Below, piece by piece: positions 27,016 through 41,400 of a stretch of DNA of 64,000 bases (the stretch's first letter is position 1; every line of letters starts with the position of its first letter). The notes under the pieces are model-generated. The model was given only the letters and a program-made list of their open reading frames with translations. It was not told the DNA's origin and did not search any database. This stretch comes from Octopus sinensis (taxonomy: Eukaryota). The translations under genes and the position numbers were made by a program. The stretch covers positions 15,996,001 through 16,060,000 of the forward strand of contig NC_043022.1 of NCBI RefSeq assembly GCF_006345805.1, read 5' to 3'.

Positions 27016-30000
27016 TAAAGTGAAAACAAAAGTTAATTTAGTATCATAAATACCATCATGCAGAAAGTTTGCATACATGAGTATGTATACATAAACACAC
27101 ACACAGTTCCACATAATTCACAAACAAAGCATGTAACATTGCTTTGCTATGGTTGCTGACATGCTAGAAGTAAGAGCCACATATCCCTCAAATAATACAC
27201 TACTATCTGAGAGAAGAACATATCAAATATTATAGTCCTACATTCCTCCCAGCAGATGATAGGGTCATGGCTGGAATGATTTGACTATAGGTTCACAGAA
27301 TCAGGGGGCTGATCTGTAGTTCAACAACAACAATATAGAAAATTAAATAGACATTAAAATTGATGACTTACTTGAAGAGAAACCAGGCCGTAAACCCCTA
27401 GATGTCATTGAAAGACCAGTGCCAATGGTACCATACCTGAAATCCAGAAACAATACATGTCATATGCGTTCTTTAATTCTTTGGCATTTAAACTGGCCAA
27501 ATCCGGCCAAAATATTCTGCCTGTTTTATGATAAAACTGACCAGATATAGCTTCTCAAAGCTATGAGATAATGCAGGATTAATTCAAAATACGGAGAATA
27601 AATAAGGATTACTTTTGATCGAATAATGTAACTGCTAAAGGGTTGACTTCTTGAAATAACGATCTCCTTCTTAAAAAAAAGGGGCACAAAACCTATATTT
27701 ATTTTGAACCATGTGAAATCGTAGCCGTGGCTGATGCCAGTGCTACCTGAATGGCATCCATGCCAGTGGCATGTAAAAAGTACCATTCAAGCGTAGCCGA
27801 TGCTAGTGCCACCTGTACCGGTGGGATGTACAAAGCACCATTCAAGCATGGCTGATGCCAGGGCGACCTTAATGGCACTAATGCGTGTGTCACATAAAAA
27901 GCACTATTCGAGTGTGGTCGACGCCAGTGCCATCTAACTGGCTCCCATGCCTGTGGCACATAAAAAGCACCCATTCTTGGAGTGGTTGGTGTCAGGAAGG
28001 GCACCCAGCTGTAGAAACCTTGCCAGATCAGATTGGAGCACATTATGCTCTTGAGCAAGACACTTCATTTCATGTTGCACCAGTCCACTCAGCTGTAAAC
28101 AGGTCACCCTGTGATGGACTGGCTTTCTGATCAGGGTGAGTGTTGGCCTGCTTGCCTAGCGACCAGTGGAGTGGTGTCATTCGAAAGTGAAGACAATACA
28201 AAACACATTGTGACCAGTGATGTACAACAACATCCAACAGTTTGGCCAATCAAGTGACCATCGGATAGCAAAGTTTGACCCTTAAAAAGCACAAAGTAGC
28301 CCGTTTGAATTAAGTTGATGATGATGATGGTAGGTGAAGACGAGGAGTATGCAGAATGAGGAACAAAGCTTGTTGTGTACACAAACTACTCACATTGTGT
28401 TTGTCAGACGACGAAACCCTTTTAAACTGCACCCAAATCCATTTCCACTGCTCATTTCAAGCTGTTAAAAATAGGGGAAACAGAATTTAATGCAACATTT
28501 TTACCCAAAATATGTAATTCAATACCAAGACAAAAAAAAAAAAAACACATACACACAAAAAAAAAAATGAAAAACTTTTTCACAAAAAGACAAACAATAA
28601 ATAACTGGACAAGACAACTAGACTAATTAACCTGTTTTAATTATCATGTAAATTATTAATTACTGATGTTACAACTACATTGGTATTAATACAGTTTGAA
28701 GGCCAATGTTTATGTGACACTAAATAATATAGATTTCATTCATTAGTAACATTCTAGGCCAGTGGTTCTCAACCGTTGGGGGTCCACAGAAGACATTTCT
28801 ATTAAGGTTTATGACCAATAAATTGGTTATACTTCCACAGAAGATATTTCAACAATTTCCTTTATACAATCCCTAATGATACTTAATTGTAAAACTATGA
28901 TGGGACTTTTTAAACACTGAATGGCTATGAGGGTCCACCAGAGCAAAATAGGGATCAAAGGGGGTCAATGGGTAAAGCATGGCTGAGAACCACTGATTAA
29001 GACTACAATCAAAGACAAACAAAAATGAAAACAAATACATACTAAATGAATTGGTACCAGAAAAGTTGTGTGTTTCTAAAAGAGTAAAACCATTCAGATC
29101 ATGTTGAAACAAAAGTTTCATAATTCGTGTTAAAATGACCCAAAAAAGTATACATATACATACACACGCACACATATATATATATAAGTATGTATGTATG
29201 TATTTATGTATACATGTGTGTATATTTGTGACAAACCTATACCCAAACTCATAATTCGTCAGCCAGGAAGTCAAAGATTTCTACCAAATTCATTATTTCA
29301 CTTTCGGTTCCTGCATTAACAGTAGACAATTACTAAGAGACCTGAGTCTGGCCAGCAGCTCATTTAAGCGAGATTCAAACCTTGGTTCTTCTACAACAAA
29401 TCAAAGAAATTTAGAAAACAGAAAGACAGGGTTATGAGTTAACAAAGAGATGGCATTTAGCAAGAATGAGACAAGTGTGGTGAAGTAAGGCAGTTCAAGA
29501 TGTTCTCATCAACACAAATATTTAACATTTCAACATTCAAATACATAGCACACATGATATTATACATATCTATATAGGCACAGGAGTGGCTATGTGGTAA
29601 GTAGCTTGCTAACCAACCACATGGTTCCGGGTTCAGTCCCACTGCATGGCATCTTGGGCAAGTGAAAGAAGCCTGTCATATATATGTATATATATATGTA
29701 TGTGTTTGTGTGTCTGTGTTTGTCCCACTAGCATTGCTTGACAACCGATGTTTGTGTGTTTACGTCCCCGTCACTTAGCGGTTCGGCAAAAGAGACCGAT
29801 AGAATAAGTACTGGGCTTACAAAGAATAAGTCCCGGGGTCGATTTGCTCGACTAAAGGCGGTGCTCCAGCATGGCCGCAGTCAAATGACTGAAACAAGTA
29901 AAAGAGAGTATATATATATATGCAGGGAGAGAGAGAGAGAGGACACTGACAAAAACTGTATAATACCATAAGGCAATAAGAACGGGTGCTAAGTGCACTT

Positions 30001-30486
30001 TCTCTCTTTGACAATTAAACAGGAAACTGCTAGGATATTCCATAATTCTTCCTCTCTGAAGATGGAACAGTTGGGTTTTTTTTTTTAATGGAAATCTTTA
30101 CTCAATGACCCATGCACCATATGCACAGATATTCTAGAATCAGCTGTAAGAGACTTTATGGATGCCCTTCCTAACGCCAACCACTTCATGAGTGTAGTGG
30201 GTATTTTTTACGTGCCACTGGCACAAGGGCCAGAAATGGCTGGCAATGGCCATGATCGATTGGTACTTTTTAGATGCCACCAGCATGGAAGTCAGTCAAG
30301 GCGGCGCTGGCATCAGCCACGTTTGGATGGTATATATATATATATATATCAGAAAAATTACAAAAGTGACTTAAAGGTAAAGAGTTTCAGGGAATACTCT
30401 TATCAAAATTAGCAATTATTTTAAAGAAACTTTGATAAATGCCTTGCATTAAACTGCCAACCCACAAGCCACTTAATTATCTAACA

Positions 30487-30528
<42 letters not shown>

Positions 30529-33500
30529 TACACACACACACACACACACACACACAGGGGACTGGTTGATAAATGTGGTGTTGTAGAAGATGTTGAGAGT
30601 TAAGTCCAGTATGGATGACTGAATCATTGGTTCCAATGTTGTGCTTCAATTCTGGACCCTTAACTCTGAAATGGAATGGTCCACCATGTATTTCCATGTG
30701 CTGTCTAGATCCTGGTCAGTGATGATTTAGCAGACCTATAATCAAAAAAAAAAAAAAACATTTTGGGAAAAACAAACAAAACAATATATAGATGCAAAAA
30801 GAGAAAAGATCCCATGAACATTCAACCAGCAAACATCAATATTGATTAAGGCAGTGCACTTATATTGAAATATATGTGGAATTTATTGATCAGCTTTTGA
30901 GAAGCAGTGTTGTAACAAAATGCCCTGAATGTCTAGTTTGGCTTTCTCTCTCTGCAGTGGTTGCATTCGCCGTAATGTCCCTGCTACATGCATACCGAAC
31001 AAGTCCTCGGGGTCATGGCGTTCTTTCAGGTTGAAGATCCTCCAGGCTTCCTTGAGGAAGTCGTCTTTCAAGTCCATATCATCCGACCGACATCGCTTTA
31101 GCGTCGTTGATGCCGAGAAATTCTGTACAGTGCCATTGATACTAATGTTACCTCCACTGCCGCCACCACCACCACCACCACCACCACCACCGCCGCCGTT
31201 GCCACCACCACCACCTCCTCCTCCACCCCCGATGTTGTTGTTGTCTGACAATAAATCGAGGGAGTTTATCACTAGGTTGGTGTCCAGCCGCTTTGTTCTT
31301 GAGAGTTGTTCAAAATTAGGCGATTCATCTTCGACAAACTGTTCTGATGGCCAAGCTATGGAGTCGTTGCCGACATCGGAATCATCAGATAAGGAATAAG
31401 TCTGGAAATAAATACGGAAAAAGGAAAATAAAAAAAAAAAGATTCAGAGATATTAATTTCTTAAGGTACAAAAAAAAGAAAAGCAAAATATAAATGTGAA
31501 GGAAAAATGAAATTGTGTAACACTCATGCCTTTCAACAAAGTATTCATGTAAAGATGTTCAACCTGTTAGAAATAGCAGTTAAATCTCCTTCAAATCACA
31601 CTCTTCCACACAACTTCCAAACTTTCCACTCTTGTTTTCAAATAAAAATTTTTTTCATGACACAAATTTTATCACAAATAAAATACCATGTGACATGGAA
31701 CCAGTCAGACCAAAGTCAATTTGGTGACAGTGACACACAGTTCAGGAAGCTGGTGTCCTACTGGCTTGAAGTCACACTTAATAATGCAGTCCCAGGGACT
31801 TCTAAATAGAGAGAAAGAAAAAACAAAACAAAGAATTATACTTAAATGCCTTTAATCACAGGACCCAACACTGGAATGTTTCTCACCATTTTGAGCAGCT
31901 AAAATTTGGTAGCTTTTAAAACAGGTCAAGACGAGGCACTATAAAGGACCTCATCTAACTCCTTAACTACACAAGCTATTTTCACCACTCTTAAATATTT
32001 CAGCAAGTGGAAGGAGCCCACAGAATCGATTTCAGGGAAGGCGATGAGCTGGCAGAAACGGTAAGCATGCCGGGCGAAGTGCTTAGCAGTATTTCGTCTG
32101 CTGTTACGTTCTGAGTTCAAATTCCGCTGAGGTTGACTTTGCCTTTCATCCTTTCGGGGTCGATAAATTAAGTACCTATTTCTTTTTTACCCACAAGGGG
32201 CTAAACATAGAGGGGACAAACAAGGACAGACATAGGTATTAAGTTGATTACATCGACCCCAGTGCGTAACTGGTGCTTGATTTATCGACATCGAAAGGAT
32301 GAAAGGCAAAGTCGACCTCGGCGGAATTTGAACTCACAATGTAACGGCAGACGAAATACCGCAAAGCATTTCGCCCGGTGTGCTGACGCTTCTGCCAGCT
32401 CGTCGCTGGCAGAAGTACCAATTACGCACTGGGGTTGATGTAATCAACTTAATCCCTTTGTCTGTCCTTGTTTGTCCCCTCTATGTTTAGCCCCTTGTGG
32501 GTAATAAAGAATTAAGAATCGATTTCAGGGAGCTGAATCTCACAAAGGAGACAACAAGTGATGGAAACAGGTGGCAAGACATCATCCTTCAACAACACAA
32601 GCAAGCAATGAAATAGACAGATGATGATGACGATGATGAAGATAACCACCAAGAAAGATTAAATGTAAAATGAGCCAACTTTTTTGACACTTGACAGCAT
32701 ACTCCTGCAGGCGCAGGAGTGGCTGTGTGGTAAGTAGCTTGCTTACCAACCGCATGGTTCCGGGTTCAGTCCCACTGCGTGGCACCTTGGGCAAGTGTCT
32801 TCTACTATAGCCTCAGGCCGACCAAAGCCTTGTGAGTGGATTTGGTAGACGGAAACTGAAAGAAGCCCGTCGTATATATGTATATACATATATGTGCGCA
32901 TGTGTTTGTCCCCCTAGCATTGCTTGACAACCAATGCTGGTGTGTTTATGTCCCCGTCACTTAGCGGTTCGGCAAAAGAGACCGATAGAATAAGTACTGG
33001 GCTTACAAAGAATAATTCCCGGGGTCGAGTTGCTCGACTAAAGGTGATGCTCCAGCATGGCCGCAGTCAAATGACTGAAAAGAGTAAAAGAGTATACAAA
33101 AACTGAAGTGAGGCTAAAGGTGATGTGATGATGATGATGATGATGATGCAGTAAGAGTTAAAAACCGAACAGAAACATTATCCAACTCACAGGACACACA
33201 TCTATGTTATTCTGTAGACGAGAAACTACTTTTAAATGACCCCGTGCTTTTAAACAATCTTTCAGGAAAGACAGTCGTTCCGTATGTGCCCACCGCGAAA
33301 TGTAAGGAGTTTCCTGGTTGTGTTTGCTGTGGTGTTCAATCTTCTTCAACTCTCGAGCAAAAGTTGTCCGTAGGTTCTTCCATCTTTGCCGTATGAAACC
33401 ATCTGCCATGAAAATACACAAAGGACACACATAACTCACGTGCACAAGTAATGCAAATATACATATAACGTATGCAACACACATACAAAAACAAAAAGCA

Positions 33501-36500
33501 CCTGTGCTGGTGACACATAAAAGGCACCTAAGCTGGTGTCATATGAAAGGCACCTGTGCTGGTGGCACATAAAAGGCACCCAAGCTGGTGGCACGTAAAA
33601 GATACCCAAGCTGGTGGCACGTAAAAGGCACCTGTGCTGGTGGCACGTAAAAGGCACCTGTGCTGGTGGCACGTAAAAGGCACCTGTGCTGGTGACACAT
33701 AAAAGGCACCTGTGCTGGTGTCATACGAAAGGCACCTGTGCTGGTGGCACGTAAAAGGCACCTGTGCTAGTACCATGTAAAAAGCACCTGTGCTAGTACC
33801 ATGTAAAAAGCACCTGTACTGGTGGCACGTAAAAGGCACCCAGCAGACTCTGTAAAAATTGTTGGTGTTAATAAGGACATCCAGTCATTGAAACTGTGTC
33901 AAAACAGGCAATTGGGGCCCGGTGCAGCTTTCTGGTTTGCCAGCTCCTGTCAAACCATCCAATCCATACCAGCATGGAAAACCGATGTTAAATGATGATG
34001 ATAATATTACGACACGCAGGAGGTAAGTCTAAAAAGGGACTCATCATCAAAAAGCTATTGTTCCCCTCACACAACACTTTGACCCTTTACCATTCATGTT
34101 ATTCATCAAATGTAATCCTTATTTATTCCCATTGTTTTCAATTAATCCTGCTGTAGCTCTGAGATTTTGATGTGACTGTTTATTTCAAGAATGATAGTGT
34201 CGGGTAGGTGTGAGGGGCAGGATCTGTCAGTTGGAATATAAAACAAGTAGAATATTTTGGTCAGAAATGCTTGGTTTAAATACTAAAGAGTTAGTCGTAG
34301 ACATCTCCTTGGAAATACTTGCCTCCACTGTTAAGACACCACTCTCAACATCTTGACATTCTTTTCCCATTATTTTTTATAACTTTTAGAAAGCATCTTA
34401 AAATGCATTTTCAAGTTACTGCATAGTTTCCATTGCAAGGGTAGGTTTCAACTTTGATAAAAAAAAAGTATTTGCAGGGCTGAAATCCAGAGGGCTGGAT
34501 GGGAGTCGGGAGGACTGACTTAGTGTGTGGTCTTGTGCTTTACCAAAAGAACCAAGGACAAGGTGTGATACGTGTGAGCAGGTGTGTTGTCATGGTGCAA
34601 CATCCAGACTCAGTTTGATCCAGATTCTAATGGGTTTTTATGGTTGGAAGACTCCCTCTCATCTTACATTTTATTTTGACATGGTCCCTACAGCTGAATG
34701 CCTTTCCAAACACAAACCAATTCTTTACATAATGCTCTAAGTACATTTTCTCTTGGCACCAGCAATGGAGAAGTTGATAAGGTTTTAAAACAACAGAACC
34801 AAAAAGGTCCTTTCAACCCTATGGGGGTCGATGCTCATTTGCCAACTGCCTTACAGCCTACAAGACAAAAAGGGGTCCTCACTGCTAACCATTGTCTCTG
34901 TTTGTTCAAGGCAACAGAATCAATAGAATGCCTAGGAGAGAGGGCAACTGCAGAAGAATCCGGCTGAGAAGGGGACAGAAGGAGAGAGCATGAAGGAGGA
35001 AAGAGTGTGATTATGGGGGGGGGGGGAGAAATGTGAATGATCAGGGTAGTGCTCAATCCATTTCTAGACAAATATGGGGCTACGTCTTGTAGTATGACAT
35101 TTAAAACACTAAATACCTGTGTAAGGTTGTCCGTTTCGATCATGACCCAATTTAGAACTTAACTCTCGTATCATACAGTCTCGTAGATCTCGGTTGAAAT
35201 AATCCGGATGAGAATGGTCCCATAGGAACCGGTGACCTGAGAAAGCAGCAAAAAAAAAAAAGAAAATAAGAGACAATGATGAAGTAGTTAAGATACCCAA
35301 CTGTAAAAACCGAGAAAACTTTCTTTAATATGAAGCTTTAAGACAAAAAGTGAATTAAAAGACTAAAATAGACAGGGGACACAATGCTCTCCCTGAAGCA
35401 GAGTCAGCAGAATAACATGGAGAAGGGACCAGGTGTATTTTGAATGATATATTAAAGGTAAAACCTGAGACATCATCATCGTTGTTTTAAAGTCCACTCT
35501 TCCATGGTTGATGGCATTTGTAGGTGAAGTTTTCTATTGTCTGACGCCCTTCCTGTTGCTAACCAAGTAAAGTAATATTTCTCCATGATCAGACATGTTT
35601 TCCATGGGAAATTGCAAAATGAAGGACACTGCATTACATGATGGAGACATTTCCTTACAACTATCATGTGATGTCAAAGCAAGGGAACACACACACACAC
35701 ACACACATTAAATTATGAATTACAATTAGGCACAGGAATGGCTGTGTGGTAAGTAGCTTGCTAACCAACCACATGGTTCCGGGTTCAGTCCCACTGCGTG
35801 GCATCTTGGGCAAGTGTCTTCTGCTATAGCCCTGGGCCGACCAGTGCCTTGTGAGTGGATTTGGTAGACGGAAACTGAAAGAAGCCTGTTGTATATATAT
35901 GTCTGTGTGTTTGTATGTCTGTGTGTTTGTATGTCTGTGTTTGTCCCCCTAGCATTGCTTGACAACCGATGCTGGTGTGTTTGCGTCTCCGTCACTTAGC
36001 GGTTCGGCAAAAGAGACCCATAGAATAAGTACTGGGCTTACAAAGAAAAAGTCCTGGGATCGATTTGCTCGACTGAAGGCGGTGCTCCAGCATGGCCGCA
36101 GTCAAATGACTGAAACAAGTAAAAGAGTAAAAGAGCCCTAGTAAGGTAAATATTATTGGTTGCACACACAGTGTATATGTTTTGTTTAGATGCCAAACTT
36201 GGTGTGAGACAGCATCTGGGAAAAAGCTCCCCAAATGATTCCAAGTGTTAAAGACTATCTGAATGTCAGAGACCAGGTGAGACATCTTGCCTTGGAATTA
36301 CCGAGAATGGTAGATATCAATATTTCACCATTATTGAGGTTTCTTATCAATACTATGTTCTTGGGTCAACACAAAACAAAGTGAGTCTCTAGTCTACTCC
36401 TACCATGCTCCCTGTCTTACACACTAAACCCTCTTATAAAATATTTGGTTCAACCATCCCTCTCTAATACTCTGTCACCTTATGAAAATAAAATTATGTA

Positions 36501-38423
36501 AAGATGTGACTGACGGGAAATGAATGATGGTTGTCTGGTGAAGAAGTTCACTTCCCAAGCACATGGTTTTAAGTTCAGTCCTATTGTGCAGCACCTTGGG
36601 CATGTGTCTTCTACTGTGGCCCCAGGACAACCAAAGCCTTGGGAGTGGATTTGGTTGAAGAAGCCAGTCACACACTTACTCGCATGTGCTTGTGCTTTTT
36701 TGAAAATCTCTGAGCTACGAAGGAGGGATGTTGTCATTTCTTCTGTCAACAAATTCTCCACCGGTATTTGCTCCTTTCAACATGTGTAGAATAACAGATC
36801 CCTTACTTGAAAAACAGCTAAGGGTTAATGACAAGAAGGATACCATCATTCTCATCATCATCATTTAATGCCCATGCTGGCCTGTAAAATAATACTTAGG
36901 TAATACACTCATCTAACTCATGCTACCATTGAAAAAACAGATGTAAAATCAAGTATGAAAAATGAAAGACAAAAAAAAAACAAAAACAAAACCTACCTTC
37001 AAAAAATGCAATAAGTTCACTTTCCTTGTCTTTACTCCAAGACACTTTATTGTTCAAAGACAATGTTTCTGCAAGAGAAACGGTATCCGTCTGCTGGTAG
37101 TCTTCAATTCCATGACTATTTTTTTCCGATTGAGGATTTTTAATGTTGTGCATGTAAGTGATATTTCCAACTTGAATGTCACCAGAGGAATCAGTACAGT
37201 TGTTATTATGAAGGTTGTCAGTGGCAACATCTGACGGATGACTTTCTCGATTGCCTTTTCTCCACATTTCTGAAGGACTCCCACTATTTCTTTCTTCAAC
37301 CCGCCAGTCTCGATGGGGACTGACCCTTTCCTGAACAATCCAGGACTCAGTTAAATTGTTTTTGCTCCCGTCCATATTTTTCAAATCACTCGTATTGTTC
37401 GCCAAGCTCACCCCTTCTGATATCCAGATGCTTTTCTTATCATCCGAGTCCCACATGTCCTGGTGATTTGATTTCTGAGTCGTGTTGTCATCTTTAAATG
37501 GTTCCGTTAAACAGACAACCAAATCGTCGTCGTCCTCTTCTTCGATGTCATCATCTGAAAGAGTCTGAGAAAATATTTTATATCAGTCAAAGATCAGGAA
37601 GCCAATATATACTCTTTTACTTGTTTCAGTCATTTGACTGCGGCCATGCTGGAGCACCACCTTTAGTCAGGCAACTCGACCCCGGGACTTATTCTTTTTT
37701 GTAAGCCCAGTACTTATTCTATCGGTCTCTTTTGCTGAACCGCTAAGTGACGAGGACATAAACACACCAGCATCAGTTGTCAAGCAATGCTAGGGGGACA
37801 AACACAGACACACAAACATATATATATATATACATATATACGACGGGCTTCTTTCAGTTTCCATCTACCAAATCCACTCACAAGGCTTTGGTCGACCCGG
37901 GGCTATAGTAGAATACACTTGCCCAAGGTGCCACACAGTGGGACTGAACCCGGAACCATGTGGTTGGTAAGCATGCTACTTACCACACAGCCACTCCTGC
38001 GCCTATACAAACATTTCGTTAAAATAACACTAAATTGAAGTTCATAACCTTTTGCACATGAAGACTAGCTCCAGGTAGCAAATCTAAGTTAGGGCCTAAG
38101 AAGCTGCAACAGGTTTCAATTTGATTTGGCAAGGTTTCTACAGCTGGATGCCCTTCCTAACACCAACCACTCCCAGAGCATAGTGGGTGCTTTTTATGTG
38201 ACACTGGCACGGGGGCCAGTTACAAAACACCGGCATCAGCCATGACTATGATCTCACTTGGCTTGACCAGTCTACACATGCATGGTGTATGGCCAAGGGT
38301 CTCGGTCACTTGTCCACTATAGTTTAGTTAATTCAAAAGTCTAAGTGGAAAATATTATTTCTTGCTTTTCCTTTTTTTTTGTATTTATTAATTTGATCTT
38401 TCTGTCCCAGTTAAAAAAAGATA

Positions 38424-38455
<32 letters not shown>

Positions 38456-41400
38456 ACCAACCAGTCCATCAGATGTAGTTACACATTGCTGGTCACAATG
38501 CGTTCGCATTGTTTTAGCCTTCGAATGATGCCACCCCGCTGGCTAAGCGAGCAGGCCAACAGAAGAAAGAGTGGTGAAAGAGTACAGCAGGGATCACCAC
38601 TCCCTGCCGGAGCCTCGTGGAGCTTTTAGGTGTTTTCGCTCGATAAACACTCACAACGCCCGGTCTGGGAATCGAAACCGCGATCCTACGACCGCGAGTC
38701 CGCTGCCCTAACCACTGGGCCATTGCGCCTCCACACACACACACATATATATATAAACATATAAAGAAAAACCAAATTCATCTTAGTTACATCAGTGAAC
38801 TCCACAGAGCTTATTTACAGTTAAACAGAAGTAGCCATTCTCAAGTCGAATGTCTTGACCAAGGACAGGATGCAGAATAATTGACACAACATCATACCCC
38901 ATTAGTTCTTTAGCTAGAAGTCGAATACCCTGTTCGACTTACTCATTGACCTGTAATTCACTTTTACCATTTACTTGTTTTGGTCATTAGACTGTGGCCA
39001 TGCTGGAGCTTTTAGTCGACTGAATCAATACCAGTACTCTCATTTCTTTTAAGCCTAGTACTTGTTCTATCCGTCTCTTTTGGTGAACCACTAAGTTAAG
39101 GGGACAAACACAGATATACGACAGGCTTCTTTCAGTTTCTGTCTACCAAATCAACTCACAAGGCTTTGGTTGCCCTGAGGCTATAGTACAAGACACTTGC
39201 TCAAGGTACCACGCAGTGTGACTGAACCCAGAACCATGTGGTTAGGAAGCAAACTTCTTGTCACACAGCCACACCTGCACCCGAATCTTTCCTCTATATT
39301 TGAAATTTAAAAAAAAGGGACGTAGAGTTAGCTGATCCCAAAGTAAATTATTCCAGTGAATTCTTCACTTACCTGGTAAACATCTGTTTGGTCTGAAGAC
39401 ACAGCAGTAAGAGTAGACAGCCTGAAGTTATTGGAACAGTTGTAAGGAGCACGTGACTTAATGAAGTCTTTGATAAAACCCAGACGATCAATGAAAGCCC
39501 ATTTTGATACATAGTCACTACCATCTTCAGCACGACTTTCTGATTTCCGACACTCCCGGGCGTAAGTGGTACGTATGTTTTTCCACCTCATCTTGATGTG
39601 TCTTTCTAAAAACAAAATATATATTAAAAAAATACAGTATTACGCCTGCTGCTCTTATCGACAACAGCTTGGTGCTTATAATGTTTAAAACATTAGTAAT
39701 TATTTCATAATTATCATCAAGACTGAGCTAGCAGAATCATTACCATACTGGGAAAAATGCTAAGTGGCATCTCTTCCAAATGAGTTCAAAGGCCACTGGG
39801 GTTGACTTATCCTTTCGGAGTTGATGAATTAAGTACTGAACACTGAAATTGCTGACCTTGTACCAAAATTTGAAACCATTAGTATTAAGATTATTCATCA
39901 TCATCATCGTTTAACGTCCGTTTTCTGCGCTAGCACGGGTTGGACGGTTCGACCGGGGTCTGGGAAGCCAGGGCCTGCACCAGGCTCCAGTCTGATCTGG
40001 CAGAGTTTCTACAGCTGGATGCCCTTCCTAACGCCAACCACTCCGTGAGCGTAGTGGGTGCTTTTTCTGTGTCACCTGCACAGGTGCCGGGGGGGGGGGT
40101 CCGGCATCGGCCACGATCAGTTGGAGCTTTTAATGTGCCACTGGCACGGGAGCCAGCCAAGGCGGCGCTGGCAACGGCCACGTTCGGATGGTGCTTTTTA
40201 TGTGCCACCGGCACTGGAGCCAGTCGAGGCAGCGCTGGCATCGGCCACGTTCGGATGGTGCTTTTTATGTGCCTTTTTATGTTATTATTATCATTATTAT
40301 TATTTTCAACATAGACAGGCATGGTTGTGGGGTCAAGAAGTTTGTTTCGCAATCACTTGGTCACGGGTTCAGTTCCACTGCACAGTACCTTTGTTGAGTG
40401 TTTTCTACTGTAGCCATTGGCTGACCAGAGCCTTGTGAATGAATTTGGTAGAAGGGAAACTGAAAAAGAGGTCTATCATATACACATGCATTTACATGGG
40501 TGTTTTTGTCTTGACACCTGGATGTAAATTAAGGAATACTTGTGTCAACATTAGTGCTGCTGTACAAATACATGATGTGCAGCACTTAACCCTTTTGCAT
40601 ATAAACTGGCCATATCTGACCCAAATATTTTACATTGTTTTATGTTCAAAATGGCTAGATCTGGCATCTCACACCAACGCTACAATGCCATTCTAAAAAT
40701 AAAATCATCAAAATCTTGAATTTATAAGATAATGCATGATTTATTAAAAACAATGTGAATAAATATTACATTCGACAGAGAACTATGAATGTTAAAAATT
40801 GGTGGTGATGGGGAGGTCACTACATGGATGAACTTTGAAAGGCCAGAGTAGACTACCACTCTAGCCATCATCGTCATTTAACATCCAGTTTCCATGCTGG
40901 CATGAGCTGAACAGTTTGACAGGAGCCAGCAAGGCTGAGCCACACCAGGCTCCATTGCCGTGGGATGCCCTTCTTAATGCCAACCACTTTACAGAGGGGC
41001 ACCATCACTGATGGGATCACCAAGTAATTTGCAAGACAAAAGCCCCTCAGTTGGGAGGGGGTGACTTTGTGCCAGTGCTTTCTAGCCAATGGTTTGGGGG
41101 GGAAAAAAACCCCTCTTAATGATATGGAGCTGGAATATGATTTTGAAGGAGTCAAGGCAAGGAATTTTCAACATATTCTTCAGATGGACAAGATGTTGAT
41201 GTCAGAATCAGGCCAGAAGACGCAGAATAAGTTCCTAGATCAGTGGTTTTCAACCAGGGTTCTGCGGAACCTTAGGATTCCGCCAGTACAGTCCAGGGGT
41301 TCCGCAAGAAGTTACAAAACTGCTAAAATCGGCAGTAATTTTTAATTCTCCTGTGGAGATATGTGTGCATAAGACTATTAAATTATTGCACAGGGGTTCC

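Noticed and set aside
30929-31399. 156-aa plus-strand poly-Pro ORF
   Set aside because: It is the antisense shadow of the poly-Gly exon 7 of the MADF-BESS gene.
33528-33839. Repetitive Cys/His-rich ORFs (CHQHRCLL...)
   Set aside because: They are translations of the 26-bp SINE-derived minisatellite, with no splice context.
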